From Paramoeba atlantica (Eukaryota > Protista > Discosea), in NCBI GenBank assembly GCA_977017575.1, contig CDRNVI010000199.1, positions 139 through 64,138 of the forward strand: DNA of 64,000 bases, given 5' to 3'. Position 1 is the first letter of the stretch. Each line of letters opens with the position of its first letter. The translations under genes and the position numbers were made by a program. The notes beneath the pieces were generated by a model. That model ran no database searches. It saw nothing but the letters and a program-made list of their open reading frames with translations, and was not told the origin of the DNA. Positions 12,701-24,900 of this stretch are shown here, piece by piece.

Positions 12701-15700
12701 GTCTTTCTGTACTGAAAAGGCTCTCCCAAAAGTCTTTAATTGCTTTTTTAACCACATTATCATCATGAGAGATCACTCCATCTACAATTACACCTTTAAC
12801 ACAGGGAAAAGATTTACAACCAGGGTGCAAGGGGTGTTCATCCACAAAAATTCTGAGTTGTTGTTCAAAAACTACAATTCAATCCATCTCAGCTTTGATC
12901 ATTTTAGGAATAGCTTTGATTCTCCATTTCTTATCATCTTGAGAGCCATTCCATCCTATTGCAGCTGTATGAAGGAGTTTGAGTTCCAACGAAGAGAATG
13001 AGTGTATAGCTGAAGTTTTCTTTAAAATCCTGGTCTTTGCAAGGTGTTTGATGATTGTCTGGAGTTTCCATAGTTCTTTGAAAAGGTGAGCTTTTTTCCC
13101 TTTATCTTTCCACAGAGGAATTAATTCCCACACCTTCTCTTTGAATTTAATAAGACAACTAACAGGATCACCTTCCACATAGTCCCCAACTTCATTAATG
13201 AGGGCATTAATAAATTTAGAATCTTTAATGAGGTATTCAGGGATTCTCTTCTTGTTAGATTTCAACTTCCATTCTTTGATACTAGTTCCACCTATGATCA
13301 TCGCATGGTCCTTAAAGCCTGAAGGGATCGCATTGACAAAAATTCTTTCACTAGGAGTGTTTGAGGGAATAAAGACATGATCAATACATCATCCTTGGAA
13401 ATGGGTTGGTTCTGACCACCCTAGTTTTGATAAATTCCAAGATTCAGAGGATTCTACAAGCTCTTTAAAAAGGGGTTCATTAAGATCCTAGTTGAAGTTA
13501 CCTCCCAGAACATTCAGTCCATCTTTGGAGAAGAACTTTCTGATTTGGTCTTACATAAAGGGAAGTTTCAGATCACAATGATGGTAAACATTCATTACAG
13601 CATATTCAGTATTGAAAATCTTGGTTCTCAGTCCAAACAAACCACTCTCAGAGCTTTCAATTGGGTATGGTTCTATATCATAAAGGCCTTCCATTCTTCT
13701 AACTCTAATGGCAAGGCCCTGCTTCTGTTTTGAGAAGGAGTTTTTGAACCACAAATATTTCCTCAAACAATTCTTGAGATGATCAAGATCTTTTTCAGAT
13801 GTGACATGGGTTTCTTGGAGCAAAATAAACAGAGGACAGCAACTTGCAGCCATTTTACAGTAAAGGTTGAGTTTTTCATCATTATGAACACCATTGATGT
13901 TTTATGATAAAATCCTCATGTCTGGAAATTTGTTATACTGATACAGGTTTGGAAGCAGAGGTGCAGGGAAGGGAGGAAGGAAAGAAGATGAAGGGGGTTG
14001 GGACCCCAAGACAGATGCTTGAGGGGTTGGAGAGGCAAGGTTTGTTTTTTGATGAAGATCAATAACAGAAGAGTCAGAGAAAGCACAAGGGTCCTTCAGT
14101 GGTGGAAAGAAAGATTTTAAATTGTTGTTGTTTTTCTTTCCTTTCATTCTTTCCTTTATGAGGGGGAGGAAGAAGAGGAGGATGAAACATTGCTTGACTC
14201 AGGAAATTGAGCACTATCTATTGTCAACACTGTCTCACCCCATTCTATTTGATGCAAATCTCCAAAAACTGCAAAACCGTTTGAGGCAGGGATCTCCAAA
14301 AAAGGATAAGTCGCTTTTTCCTTTCTGGGGACACCAGTGGGGACACTCTTATCACAGTCATTTTCCTTTGTTTTTTCCTCTTCATCTTTCTCTTCTTCTA
14401 TCTCCTCTTTCCCTTTCTTCTCTTCCCTACTTTTCTTTTTCTTCTTCTTTGCTGGCTTCTTGATTACAGGTAATGGTTTGGTCCCAGTAGAAGTTGGTTC
14501 CTTCTCTTCAATTGTCTCTTCTAACACTACCCTCTTCTTCAGTCTGGATTTTGGCTTTAATTTCAGTTCCTCAACCACCTGATCAATAATGTGGCCAAGA
14601 AAGTCTGCATCAAAACTCGATTCCCATTTAAGCTATCCTTTTTCCAACTTGCTCTTCAACTTCCCAAGGCTATCTTCAGTCCTCTCCCACTCACACTGGA
14701 AATTCACCCCATCTAATATTTTTCAAGCCCCTTCAGTGTTATGAATAGTCATTGACCATTTGCTCCCAGAAATTGGATCAGATGAGAATTGAGGTCTGTT
14801 CACATCTGGGGAAATCTCATCCTCATCCTGAATTAAAATAACCCCCCTTTCAGTGTCAGTTTCAGCAACAATGTCTTCAAGGAAATCCATCATATCTTTT
14901 TGAGGGATTGTTGGGGTTTCTGATGTACTGCCTGAGTGAGATGATGTGGCTGGAGTTTGGGAGGGTGATTCCTTACAAGGCTTAGTAGTCTTAAGCAAAT
15001 ATTTGGGTTGGTTACTTCTTGAAGGGGCTGATTTTTCCTTGGAGAAACTTTCTCAAAGAGCAGTTTCCCTCATGTTTGTGCTTTGATCAATCTCCATCAA
15101 GGTTGTAGATGAGAGACAAGGGTCAGCAGACTTCATTGGGAGTGGTGCCCTCTGATTGGGATTTGGTAATATGGGAAATTGGGACAGAGAGAGATTTGTG
15201 CCTTGGTTCCCTTGATTTGTCAAGGACTCTGTAGGAATAATAAATCTTTTATGTGATTGTTCCCTCAATTTTGTGATTGTCACAGGACAGGAAGGAAATT
15301 TCCTCCAAGAGTCTGTCTCATTATTTAACTTTTTGATGATTCCTCCCTCTCCCTCCTTGTCCACAATCTCCTTCGCACATTTTAAATGTCTTGAGTGTGA
15401 AATCTCACACACTTGACAATTTACTTTCTCATGAAAAGGACTCATAGGGGTTCACAGAGAGATCCTACCTTGAAACTCATTGTTAATAATAAAAGAACCT
15501 CTGTGCTTAGCAATAATACATGTCAGAATAAGAGGGATTACATCATAGAAGATGACAATACAATCATCGCTGATCTGAGCCACCTCTCTTAATCTATGGT
15601 GAGGAAGAGCAGATTCACCAATAAACAATCTTTGGATCCACTCTTCCCCTTTGATTAAAAAGGGGACACAGAGTTTAAAGCCCCATAAATTCCAATCTTG

Positions 15701-16285
15701 GTTGTTCTTCCAGATAAAGGGCTTCCCAAAACCAGTTGCAAGGAAGGAACCATTTTTCAGAATGACTTTCTCCAGGGGTTTGTGCATTTTTTTGTCAAAG
15801 GTGACCACGTTGAGGTGGCCTTTCATAACACACAAGAGGAAGTTCCCTCTCAGCTTAGGGACTTTGTTGAGTGTGGCCATTGCTCTCTGATAGTTTGGCA
15901 TTCCTTCATAGAAACAAAAGGAACCCATTACAAAGATGGGATGGATTATTGCATTGTTCTTCATAAAGTTAACCTCAGTTCCAATATGGGACAAGGTTTT
16001 CAGTATTTCTTTCTTGACTTGCAACCACCATCCTTCCTCAGGCGCTCTCTTCGAGGTTGATTTGATTGGAATTTCTTCAGAATTCCCACTTGGGTTTGTG
16101 TTTTTTTGTTCATTCTTCAAATACAAGGGGGAGTGGGACCCATTCTGGGAGCCTTTAGAGGAAGAGGACTTACTCTTTCCACTGAACATAACAAATTTCT
16201 CTGAAGTGCTCAACTAGGCAGGGTTTCACCAACACAGCAGGTGAAGGAAAGAAAATCAGATTGGGCAAGGAAAGTCTCCTTGAAC
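9710..16285 (-). mobile_element. LINE family A copy 2, near full length
   Basis: Poly(A) tail 9710-9721 with AATAAA upstream; ORF2 9876-14147; ORF1 14156-16189; 5' end a few nt short. No TSD: flanks are LINE-B (3') and a transposase gene (5'). Confidence 0.95.
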
Positions 16286-18843
16286 AAGACAATCAAAACA
16301 AAGAATATAAAACCATAAGATAATATTCAAGCTTGGAAATATTAATTTCATAATTTGAATAATTTGCTTTCCTATTCTCATCATTTCATCTAAAAGGTGT
16401 TGAATCTTACTTGGTTCCAAATCTTCCCCCTCATCATTAGTGAATTTCAAACATTCCCAAAAAGAGCTTATAAATTTAATTCACTGACAAATAAATGAAA
16501 AAGCTTGTAACTTCAAATCAAATAAGGGTGGCAACTGGTGGTGAGGAAAACAGGAATAAATTGCTTCAATAACCAACTTGTGATAATTTTGCAATAGCCT
16601 TGTTGCTTGCTCTCCAATCAACCGAAATTTCAGCTTCTTTCCTTCCTCAATCTCAAGAAAGAGAGCAATCCAAAAACTCTTTTCATTTGCTCCACCATCT
16701 CTTGTAACATCTTTTTCCCAAATTCCTGATTGGAATTTGCAAACTCAACAATAGTAAGAAATAAGGCCAAAGTTGCAGAGCACTTGCTATGAAGAGGACC
16801 ATCTAGAGTAAAATGCTCACAAATTGCTAACAAAGGGGCTCCTTTTTTGCTATAATTCTCTTCCCAAATAAACTGTTGAAGGATTGTATCTCTTGCATTT
16901 TCATCTATCAACTTATCTGAAATGATTTCTTGCCATTTCACTTGAACTTTTTCCCCCATTTCTTTCATTTTTGCCAATGTTCACCTTTGTAACTTGTCTT
17001 GAGGAATATCAGCATTGTCACAAGTCACATCAAGCTAATAAATAGAGAAATAAGTTGCAGAACAACCTTGATGACCAGCCACTTTACTTTGGTAAGAAAA
17101 GTCACCAATTGAAAGAAAATGGCCATGATACAGATTTGTTTTGGTATTATTGATTTCACATAGAATTGAAACATCATTCTTTTCCACTGCTGCAATTCCA
17201 GGGTTTAAAACATTCTCACAAAGCCATTTGCTCACTTCATCATCTTCTTTGAAATTCCCACCACAAATCCAAGGCATCAATGTTGGTGAACTTCCAACTT
17301 CAACAAAGTTCACAAATTGCAAATATGTATTTATCATATCTATTTGAAAAATAGATTTTCAATTAAATCTTGTTTTGTTTCTTTTCCTCTATACTCCTCC
17401 TCAAAAAAAAAAGAAAATAATTTTTCTACTTACTTGTTTACTTTCCAGAGCACCATCAGTGAACATATTCACTAAAATTTGATTTGTCTTCTTAAAAAAG
17501 GTGAGAAATTGTTGAACTTTTGAACATTGGAGCATTGCTTTCAGTCTTTTCTCAACAACTTCTTCCAACTTTTGATAACCACCTTTAACCCCATACTCAG
17601 AAGGGAGTTCATGAAACCTATATGTTTATCTTTTGAGCAAATTGTTTTCATTGAGAAGAAGAAAAGAAGCTTATAACAAAAAAAAAAAATTCTTATTTTA
17701 CTTCAAGCTCCAATGCAAACAACATTTTCTCCCCAAAATCCATTGTAGACTTCAGAGCAGAAAGTTTTGGAAATGGAATTTCAAACTCTGGTGTTTTCAA
17801 CTGAATTAGCTTCTCAGACAAAGAATCTAAGCTTCACTGAAATATCAATCATATAATTTGGATTTTTTGGTAACCTATATCATTCATTATTATGCTTACA
17901 AACTGTGCTTGTTTCAAATTGTCAGATTTCTCAAGGTTTTGAAAGTCTATTTATTAAATTTTTAAGAAATCAGAATCCTTTAAAAACACACATACAAAAA
18001 AAAAAATTAACCTTTTCAAACAGCTTTCTTTACAACTTGCTTTCCAACAGGCAGACAAATGACTTTTTCAATCAGTCTTTTTTGAAACCTTGGATTTGAA
18101 CTTTTCAAAAGTTCTGAGAATACTTTTTCAAAAGGTTTATCCTCTTTAATCTTCGTTTCTTCATCATCTTCATTACAAAGAACCTTTGAAAAGATAAACC
18201 ACTTTAAACTTTGTAATTTCTTCTGTTTTGCTCTTGATTTGAGATGAAAAAAAGCTCTCCTTTGCCTTTACTGTTGTTTTTCACAAATAGCAGAAGTGTT
18301 GATGATTGGAAGTTGTTCTATTTTTGTTTGTAAGAAAAATTGAAAAATTGTCATTTTAAAAGAAAGTTAAACCAGGTTGGTTTGGTTCTTTTGACTTTTT
18401 TGATTTTTTTGATCTTTTTCCAAAAATCTTTCTGGTGAGTCTGCGAGATTTGAGTGTGTTCATTTTCAAAAAATTGCCCAATCTATTTGTTCTTAGACTT
18501 TAGAATATGGAGAAAAAAGTAAAACCAAAATAGAAAAGGATATCTTCTCTTTCAAAGAGAGATATTGGCAGTTTGACCAACACTTTTTTAACACTTTTCA
18601 ACATTTCTCTCATAAAAGTTGTTTTTTTGGTTCTTTAAAAATACATTGTTTTAAAGAACATCAAAAAACAAATCAAAATCAAAAAAACAAACCTTGAAAA
18701 GACTTTAAACAAAGATCAAAAAAGTGGACAGCAGAAGTGAAGAGAAGCACAAAAGAAAAACACAAGAAAACACAAGAACACAAACCCTGTCCAAAATAGG
18801 GACTCAAAAAAAGTGCACAATTTTTGAAAAATCAAATGCAGTG
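16286..18843 (-). mobile_element. CAC-ended DNA transposon (family T copy 1) of the Transib/Chapaev/RAG1-like group; 3' part lost
   Basis: Terminus on the minus strand CACTGCATTTGATTTTTCAAAAAT at 18843; about 17720-18843 is homologous to 56590-57681 of the complete-ended copy; carries the transposase pseudogene. Confidence 0.75.
16290..18354 (-). pseudogene. Intron-containing DDE transposase, RAG1/Transib/Chapaev-like
   Basis: Ordered motifs: RQRRAFFHLKSRAKQKKLQSLK, VNMFTDGA (Asp 17455-17457), SIGDFSYQSKVAGHQGCSATYFSIY (Asp 17101-17103), QR*TLAKM, NYSKKGAPLL, LDGPLH, FPSLNIILWFYIL. Candidate GT-AG introns 17978-18011, 17670-17701 and 17340-17433/17441; exon phases not all resolved; several stops; truncated by LINE-A2 before any catalytic Glu. 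Confidence 0.65.
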
Positions 18844-19342
18844 AAAAAGTTGAGGATAAATTCCCTTGGAAGGAGCTTTGGATTATAGTATGGAGTGGTG
18901 CATTTCTACTACTAATACAAACAGAACAAGGAAACAAATTGGTTTAAATCTCCTAAATTTACTATGATATCTACAACTTCTGCTCAAAGCACAACAAAAG
19001 CAATACAAACCAAATTCATGATGAAACACAAATTTGGGCAAAACAAAATGCTCCCTAATTGGGAAAACGCAGAGGAAACAACAAAACTACATCAAATTGA
19101 GAAGCATCTTCAAGAGTCAAAACACTCTTACAACCTGACAATTATTCTCTCTTCTGATGTGCATCCTCCAGCCTGAACTTGCAGAAGTTCTAAAGTTCAG
19201 CATAAAGACCAACTGAACTAAGCTGAAGTTTAAAACTTCACCTCTCATTAGAGGTTAAAAACAAACATAATTTAATGTAATTCAAATGGCTTAGATTAAA
19301 AACTACTAATTGAATAAAGTTTGTCTTAAAAAGAAAAAAAAA
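18844..19342 (+). mobile_element. SINE copy 4 (5' part lost; interrupted by a solo LTR)
   Basis: 18844-18886 and 19141-19342 match the SINE body at about 28460-28706; ends AATAAAGTTTGTCTTAAAAAGAAAAAAAAA. Confidence 0.8.
18887..19140 (-). repeat. Solo LTR of Gypsy family G2 (254 bp)
   Basis: Flanked by the 5-bp duplication ATTAT (18882-18886, 19141-19145); minus-strand ends TGTCAGG...CCATACT; homologous to 28911-29133. Confidence 0.8.
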
Positions 19343-19945
19343 ATCAACTTATTGATGTACTTGTAACCACCATTAGAGTTAAACAAGTAAGACATCATCT
19401 TGATCCACATATCATAGTTTGTCTCAGTTAACTTTAGTACTTTCACAACTGTTTTGTTCATTATGATACTACAGTGGTAGAGACACTAAACTCTTAATCT
19501 AACAAATGGAAAAATGGTGCAGAGATGAAACTGAGAAATAAACTCAGAAATTAAATCAGAGAAAAACAAAAGTGAAAGCTTTATTTTGACTTTGATACTT
19601 AGCACTAACTATTCACAAAATGCAGAGGGCAAAGGACTAAGTCACCAAGTTCACCAAAAGAAAGAATGGAAGTTTGGGAACTGAATCAGCAATTTGTCAA
19701 AAGGGAGAAATGGATCAAAAGAGTGACATCATCATTAAAACAAAAAGACCACAAGCAAGCTTTAAGCTATTGCCAATTAACAATCAATCTTCTCTTTCTT
19801 CCACTGGGTTTCATTTACAGAAACTTTCTCTTCTTCACATCAAATATGATTATCCCTAAAGGAACTTATTTTTCAAAAGAGAAAAACTAAATAAACACCT
19901 TCAACTGAGACTTTTAATTCCTTAGCATCATTTCAATTGAGTACA
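19343..19945 (-). mobile_element. Ty1/Copia remnant (family Cp4): probable 5' LTR, PBS and gag start
   Basis: PBS at 19476-19499; downstream VLKLTETNYDMWIKMMSYLFNSNGGYKYI fits the Copia gag N-terminal L-x-x-x-NY-x-x-W pattern. LTR start at 19945 (TGTAC) is a best guess. Confidence 0.6.
19476..19499 (-). promoter_or_regulatory. Primer-binding site complementary to the tRNA-Lys(CUU) D/anticodon arm
   Basis: Minus strand GATTAAGAGTTTAGTGTCTCTACC; its complement GGTAGAG(A)CACTAAACTCTTAATC is tRNA-Lys-like. Confidence 0.7.
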
Positions 19946-21921
19946 ATTCAATTTCTGTCCAATATAACATTCCCCCAGATTTTAATTCTCACTTGATAAG
20001 TAAGAATATACCTGTAAACCCATTTAAGTTTCATTAAATTAAATAATTTACCTTCAATTTCCATTATGTTAGTTTTACCTATTTTAACTTCACCCTTCAA
20101 ACCTTTCCATAATTTATAGTTACAATACAAAATTATCATTGCTGGGTTAAAAATTATTCAAACATTTAGAGATTTTTCTTGACCCCAGGTCACAGAAGTA
20201 TAAACTTTCATATTATCAGATAGAGGACAAATAGAAATATTACCATTAAATTTCGCAGAAGTGAGTTCAGCCTTGCTCAAGAACAAATCATAGTTAGATT
20301 TTTCTTTTAAATAATTTAATGAATCTACTGGAGAGTTTTCACCCTCAAATCAATCATTGACTTCTTTTCAGGACAATCTCTCATCATATGTTCAGTTTTT
20401 TGATAGTTAAAACATTTTCCTTCTTATAATAAAGTTTGTTTCTCATAAGGCACTCTTTTCTCAGATGGAACTCTCTTGGATGAAATTTTCTCAAATGGAC
20501 TCTTCAATCTTTGAGATGAACAATTACTTTGAATATGATCATGTTTTCCACAATAATAACACTTCTTCAAACCTCCAGATCCAAAACCCACATTAACAAA
20601 ACTGTAAAACAATTCTGTTTAAAAGCCATATTCTTCTAAAGAACACTAAAATGTTTCATTAAGTTAAAATTTTCAAACTTACTTTCAAAAACATTATAAT
20701 ATTTTAGAAGCAAAGCATGATACAAAATACTTTTCATATCAGCTGAATCAAAATCTATATTCAATATCTCTAAATATATCTCAAGCCAATTTATAAATAG
20801 TTTGATCCTCTTAGAAGGCTTCTGTTTCAAGAGCAGCTACACAAATTTTTTCTCACCACTCAGCACTAAAATTATCTTAAAATAAAAATGTAATAATATT
20901 TGAAATATTTATAGTAAAGTAATCTATTCTCTGAAGACTTAACTTTGAATCTCCAGAAATTGCTTTAAACAAGCAATGATGCCAAAAACTCTTATTTTTA
21001 ACATTATTTCTCATTTTCCAGTAGAAATCATTTTGAAAAAACAAAATTTTTTCAACATCATCACACAATGTATTTAACTTTAAAAAACTTTTCACAGTCT
21101 TAAGAGTTCAACTACAATCCTCCATCTCTTGTGTCATCTGAGATAAAGTTCTTTTCACTTCTTGCTCATCAACCTGAAGATAACTCCTCTCCCTGCTTGT
21201 GTTCCAAGCAGAAACTGATCATATGACCACATCTCTATCATATAGAGCTGTCAAATTGCTTATCTACCAGCCTATCTACACCACTATTTTCTAAACAAAG
21301 TCTCCTAATGCTCACATTAGATAGAAAATTCATTCAACAATAATTATCTTCTGTTTTCTTCTAAAAACAAAAAATCCAATAACACAAATTCAAGGAGAAT
21401 AATAGAAAGAACATTACCCAGAGAAGAATATAATCAAAATCTTTTTTTCTCACATTTTCCCACATCCTTACAAAAAGACCCAACCAAAACATTCCCTTTT
21501 GAAGATAGGGCAACATAGAAAAATTATCACTTGTGGCTAATGTACAACTGAAAATAAATGGAAAAAGAACCAAAACACAGAAATAAAGTGAACTTTCAAA
21601 AAAAAGTACAGATACATGGGGGTGAGTTCAAGCTGCACTTGCAATCATGGTGTTTTTTGAGGTTGAAGTAACTTCAAATATTCCTTTTGAGCCTTCAAAA
21701 AAAAAATGTAACATCATATCCATATGTTCATTTTTGTGGTCTCTCTTTTGATTTGTTTGTTTTTTGGTTGAATGAGGATGGTGAAGGTTGAAGAAATAGA
21801 ACAAAAAAGAAAAGGAAAAATGAAAAAAAGTATGTATTTGTTATTTTTTTGATGATTGGATTGTTTGATTTGAAAGAAAAGGTTGTGTGTGTTGAAGTTA
21901 AAAATAATGATGTTGGGTTAG

Positions 21922-24900
21922 TGTTGGGTTGTCATAGTTGGTTTTGTTGACTTTGTTGTTTTGTTGGTGAGTGGAAACACTGAACTATTTTGTGTGTGTT
22001 TTCCGATTGTGAATAATTGTAAATTATTTGTTGCTCTTTTTTGTACAAAAGAGGTTTTGTTCTTTAGACCCATTTGTGGGTGAAAGAGTGTAAACTTTCT
22101 TTTGTTTTTTTTGGCTTTTGGAACACATTTGATAAAAGACATTGAACCAAGCTTGTTCTTTCTTTATTCTTTGTTTTTGTTCTCTGTTCTTGTCTCTATT
22201 TCCATACTATTCTGTAGAGGACTCAACTTTTTTTTGGTCTTTTCCTTGTGTGCATTGAATTTAATCAGTTGTAAATCCATTTTTTTTTAGAAAACTTTTT
22301 CTCTATGGAGTCAGCAAAGGAGGAGGCCCATGAGATGCCCCTTAGTTTGGAACAAGAGGATCAAGATGCAGAAAGTGAAATTGAATGGATGTCATCATCT
22401 GAGTTGTTGTTATCAGTCTTGTCAGGGTCACTGGAGTCTGAGGTTGTCCAGCGTTATGACAAACTAAGAAAACTTGAACTCACATTAATGGATTAGGTGA
22501 TTAATCTCAATCTAGATAAGGGTGAGTTTCATGAAGAGGCCATTGTGAGTTTGCAGAAGCAAATTTCTATGATCCAAGTTATGTTGAAGCTCTTAAAACA
22601 AATGTTGGCTTGTGAGACAAAATTTGAGACATCAGAACCTGAGTACTCAGACATAAGAAGTTGAGTAGGACCTTCAGGTGTTCCAGGGAATTTGAGAATT
22701 CTTGGAAGAAGAATGATAAAGTTGGAAGAGAAGGAAGTCACTTCTTCAATTGAGTTGGAATCAGATTATCATGTGATGAAGAGGGAGCAGTCTGTGTCAG
22801 ATTGTTCTTCCTCGAGTGGGAGTGATTCAAGGAGGCGAGCCAGAATACCAAGGGGAGTAGCTAATCCTTCAGTTGGTTTGTTTGAATCATCCACAGGCTC
22901 AGGAGATTGGTTAAAGAAACTTGACAATCTACCAAAATTAAAAACCCCAACAAAGGATGTTGTGAAAGTCCTTGAGTTTCAGTTTTCGTTTAAGATTTTG
23001 ATGAAAGCTGAAGGTTTGCAAGAGGGAGTGCAGAAGAAGTATCTCTTGTGGGCAGTATCTGGAACAATGAAGTCTGATTTTGTACAGTCAGATACCTTGG
23101 ATTGGACAGTGAACCAGATGTTTAAGTTTTTGAAAAAATCGAATTTGGGAGCCAACTTCAGTCAGAAGGTGGAAGAACTCTTGGGTTCGGTGGTTCAGGA
23201 GGAGTCAGAATGTATAAAGAAATTTGCAAAGTGACTCTCTTGGTTTCTGTTGGAGCTTTGGTTGGATTTGAATTCAAAAGAAGCAAAATTAAAGCTCTGA
23301 GAGAATTCTTGCACAGAATATAAATTACTTTGGGTGAGGAATTTTGGTCAAGCATTTGAGCATGACCAGGAGGTTCATTGAAGAGTTTTAGTGGACCATG
23401 CCTTTGAGGTTGAAGACACAGACCAGTTTGTTTTGTTGAAGGAGGATGCAAAGATGCTAAAGAAAAAGGCAACTTGTGTGTTTTGTAAGAAAACTGGCCA
23501 TTTGGAAAGTCAGTGTTACAAGAAGAAACCATCACCTTCATTGACGTCTTCAAACGAGAATGGGAACAAGAGTGCAAAGGAGAAAAAAATTTCTTGGAAA
23601 GAGATCAAAAGAAAAAATTTGTGTATCAAATGTTTGCAACCTGGTCACAAGAAGAAAGACTGTCCTGAATGCTCGACTCCCAAAGATGGTTGTTTTCTGC
23701 TACCAGAGGAAGGAGCCAGTGTTGATGCCAGTGCTTCATCTTCAATGGAAGAAGACAAGATGTATAAACAATTTTTGAGAGATGTTAATTCACCTCTCAG
23801 TGTGAGTGAGGAGAATGCTCTTGGCCCAATTTCACCACCTCCAGATTCGATGAAATTGTATGTTCTGATTACATGGGGTGATTCGAAATCACTGGATATT
23901 TAGACTATCTATGATTCAGCAGTTACGGTGACAATGGCTGATTCAAGATTATGGGATCAGTTGGAAGGTGAAGAAGGTCAAGGGAAGCATTGGTCTGGTG
24001 GCATTGGTGCTGCAGTACAGACACTTACTTGTTTTAAGATGGTTGCTGCATATACTTTGTTTTATGCAACTGTAGTTAAGGTTTGGAGAAATCCAGCCTT
24101 GACTGGTAATTGTTTGTTGATTCATCATGAAGATGCAAAGCAGTTGGGGGTGACTGTTCAAGGAATCGAAGTGGTCTTCCCAAGTATTGCTTGTCAAGTC
24201 CAAGTTGATGATCGGCAGTGGTTGGATAATGATGAGGATTAGAGTCAAGAGGAGCAATGGGATGATGAGTCAGTCAAGTTGTTTATTCAAAGTATTGATG
24301 ATGCTTTGAAGGAAAACCAGAGACTGTAGGAAAATTCTCATTGTGTGCTCCCAGGTTCTGAGTTTAAAATTTCTTTGAAAGAAGACACTCTGAAGTTTGT
24401 GCCACAGTATCCAATCCCTGAGAAATTGAAAAGAAAGGTTATGGAGTGAGTGAACAAGTGGGTGAAAAAAGGATTTGTTAAGAAGTGGGACAAGGATGAA
24501 AAGAACTTGTGGAATTCCCCTCTTTTAGCAGTCCCTAAGAAGTCTGGTGGTCAGGTGGATCCTGATGATATCAGAGTTTGTTTGGATTTGAGAGTGGTAA
24601 ATGCTTTAACAAAGGATCCAAGTAATATTTTGCCATCTCCTGCAGAATTGTTTGAACGTGTTTGGGGTGCGAAATATTTTACCGAAATCGATCTCATGGA
24701 GGCTTATCATCATATTGTGGTGTCAGAAAAGAGTCAGCCATTGTTGGGTTTTCTGGCACCTGATAAGAGTCAGTATGTGTATGTGAGGATGCCATTTGGG
24801 CTGAAAGGTGTGGTTATGCATTTTCAAGTCCAAGGAGAATGAGTTATTGGTGTTTCAGATGAAGCTGCAAGTTATTTGGATAATTTTCTAGTTTTTTCTA

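Noticed and set aside
19343-19440. Gypsy integrase suggested by GGYKYI
   Set aside because: Position just after a PBS and the upstream KLTETNYDMW pattern fit Copia gag.
23901-23903. Programmed stop readthrough between gag and pol in G1 (TAG) and at the equivalent site in G2 (TGA)
   Set aside because: The stop lies inside the protease-like segment and differs between the families; independent decay of an Arg/Gln codon is simpler. Not fully excluded without a consensus.
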